Positions 63,882 through 64,000 of a stretch of DNA of 64,000 nucleotides are shown here, in pieces (the first letter of the stretch is position 1; each line of letters starts with the position of its first letter). The stretch is taken from the IMG/VR virus record IMGVR_UViG_3300045988_081205; one strand, 5' to 3'. The notes below the pieces were generated by a model that had not been told where the DNA came from, searched no databases, and was given only the letters and a program-made list of their open reading frames with translations. The stretch is from a virus. The translations under genes were made by a program, and so were the position numbers.

Positions 63882-64000
63882 ATGGCAACAAAACGAGTAT
63901 GTGACCGCTGCGGGGCGGAGATAAACCCCACAAGCTCTGCGACGTATGTAAACGTACGAAGCGCGTTCCATGAGGAATCACCTGATATTGAGCTTTGCTG
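63882..64000 (+). CDS. hypothetical Zn-ribbon protein, 5' partial (runs off the window)
   Basis: ATG after GGAGGA. CDRCG. Open to the end of the window. Confidence 0.45.
   Translation, partial: MATKRVCDRCGAEINPTSSATYVNVRSAFHEESPDIELC

Noticed and set aside
1-64000. Search for CRISPR arrays, tRNA/rRNA genes, integrase/repressor (lysogeny module) and transposases
   Set aside because: I found no regularly spaced direct repeats, no cloverleaf-compatible sequence with a GTTCRA T-loop in the non-coding gaps, and no tyrosine or serine recombinase motifs. This absence comes from reading by eye only; tRNAscan-SE and Rfam would be needed for certainty.

Overview
The window is a contiguous piece of a large, low-GC tailed dsDNA phage or prophage with Firmicutes-style signals (AGGAGG ribosome-binding sites, TTG/GTG starts, TTGACA-17-TGnTATAAT promoters). 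It has three blocks. (1) 1-22.55 kb, + strand: early, replication and nucleotide-metabolism genes. These are a Sak4-like ATPase, DUF669, a DnaB-like helicase, a DnaG-like primase, a RecJ-like exonuclease, a Dam-like methyltransferase, a RecD-like helicase carrying an intein, a class II RNR, a degenerate ThyX-like protein, DUF4406 and dUTPase. At least 8 near-consensus promoters drive them, and three free-standing HNH homing-endonuclease genes are interspersed. (2) 22.6-59.44 kb, - strand: a small acidic ORF, a YonO-like single-chain two-barrel RNA polymerase candidate, two HU-like proteins and a metallophosphoesterase. Then comes a ~0.9 kb ORF-free hairpin-dense island, followed by terminase (large subunit with one in-frame TAG), portal, capsid and tail modules. 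The tape-measure gene is split by a group I intron carrying a non-endonuclease ORF. Baseplate/fibre genes and a holin-endolysin cassette follow, and the block ends at a bidirectional terminator shared with block 1. (3) 59.8-64 kb, + strand: a second early block with Zn-ribbon proteins, DUF4041/T5orf172, a DUF1599 (Nmad1)-like protein and dCMP deaminase. I saw no rRNA, tRNA, CRISPR array, integrase or repressor. The most interesting signals are listed here. (a) A covarying two-hairpin leader whose loop pairs with the Shine-Dalgarno flank in front of all three HNH genes. (b) Promoter-embedded arms that can sequester the SD of two other genes only in read-through transcripts. (c) The YonO-like RNAP with adjacent HU-like genes. 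(d) The tape-measure intron and its cargo ORF. (e) The in-frame TAG in terL. (f) The ORF-free structured island upstream of the packaging genes. All homology calls come from motif recognition by eye; no database search was run.
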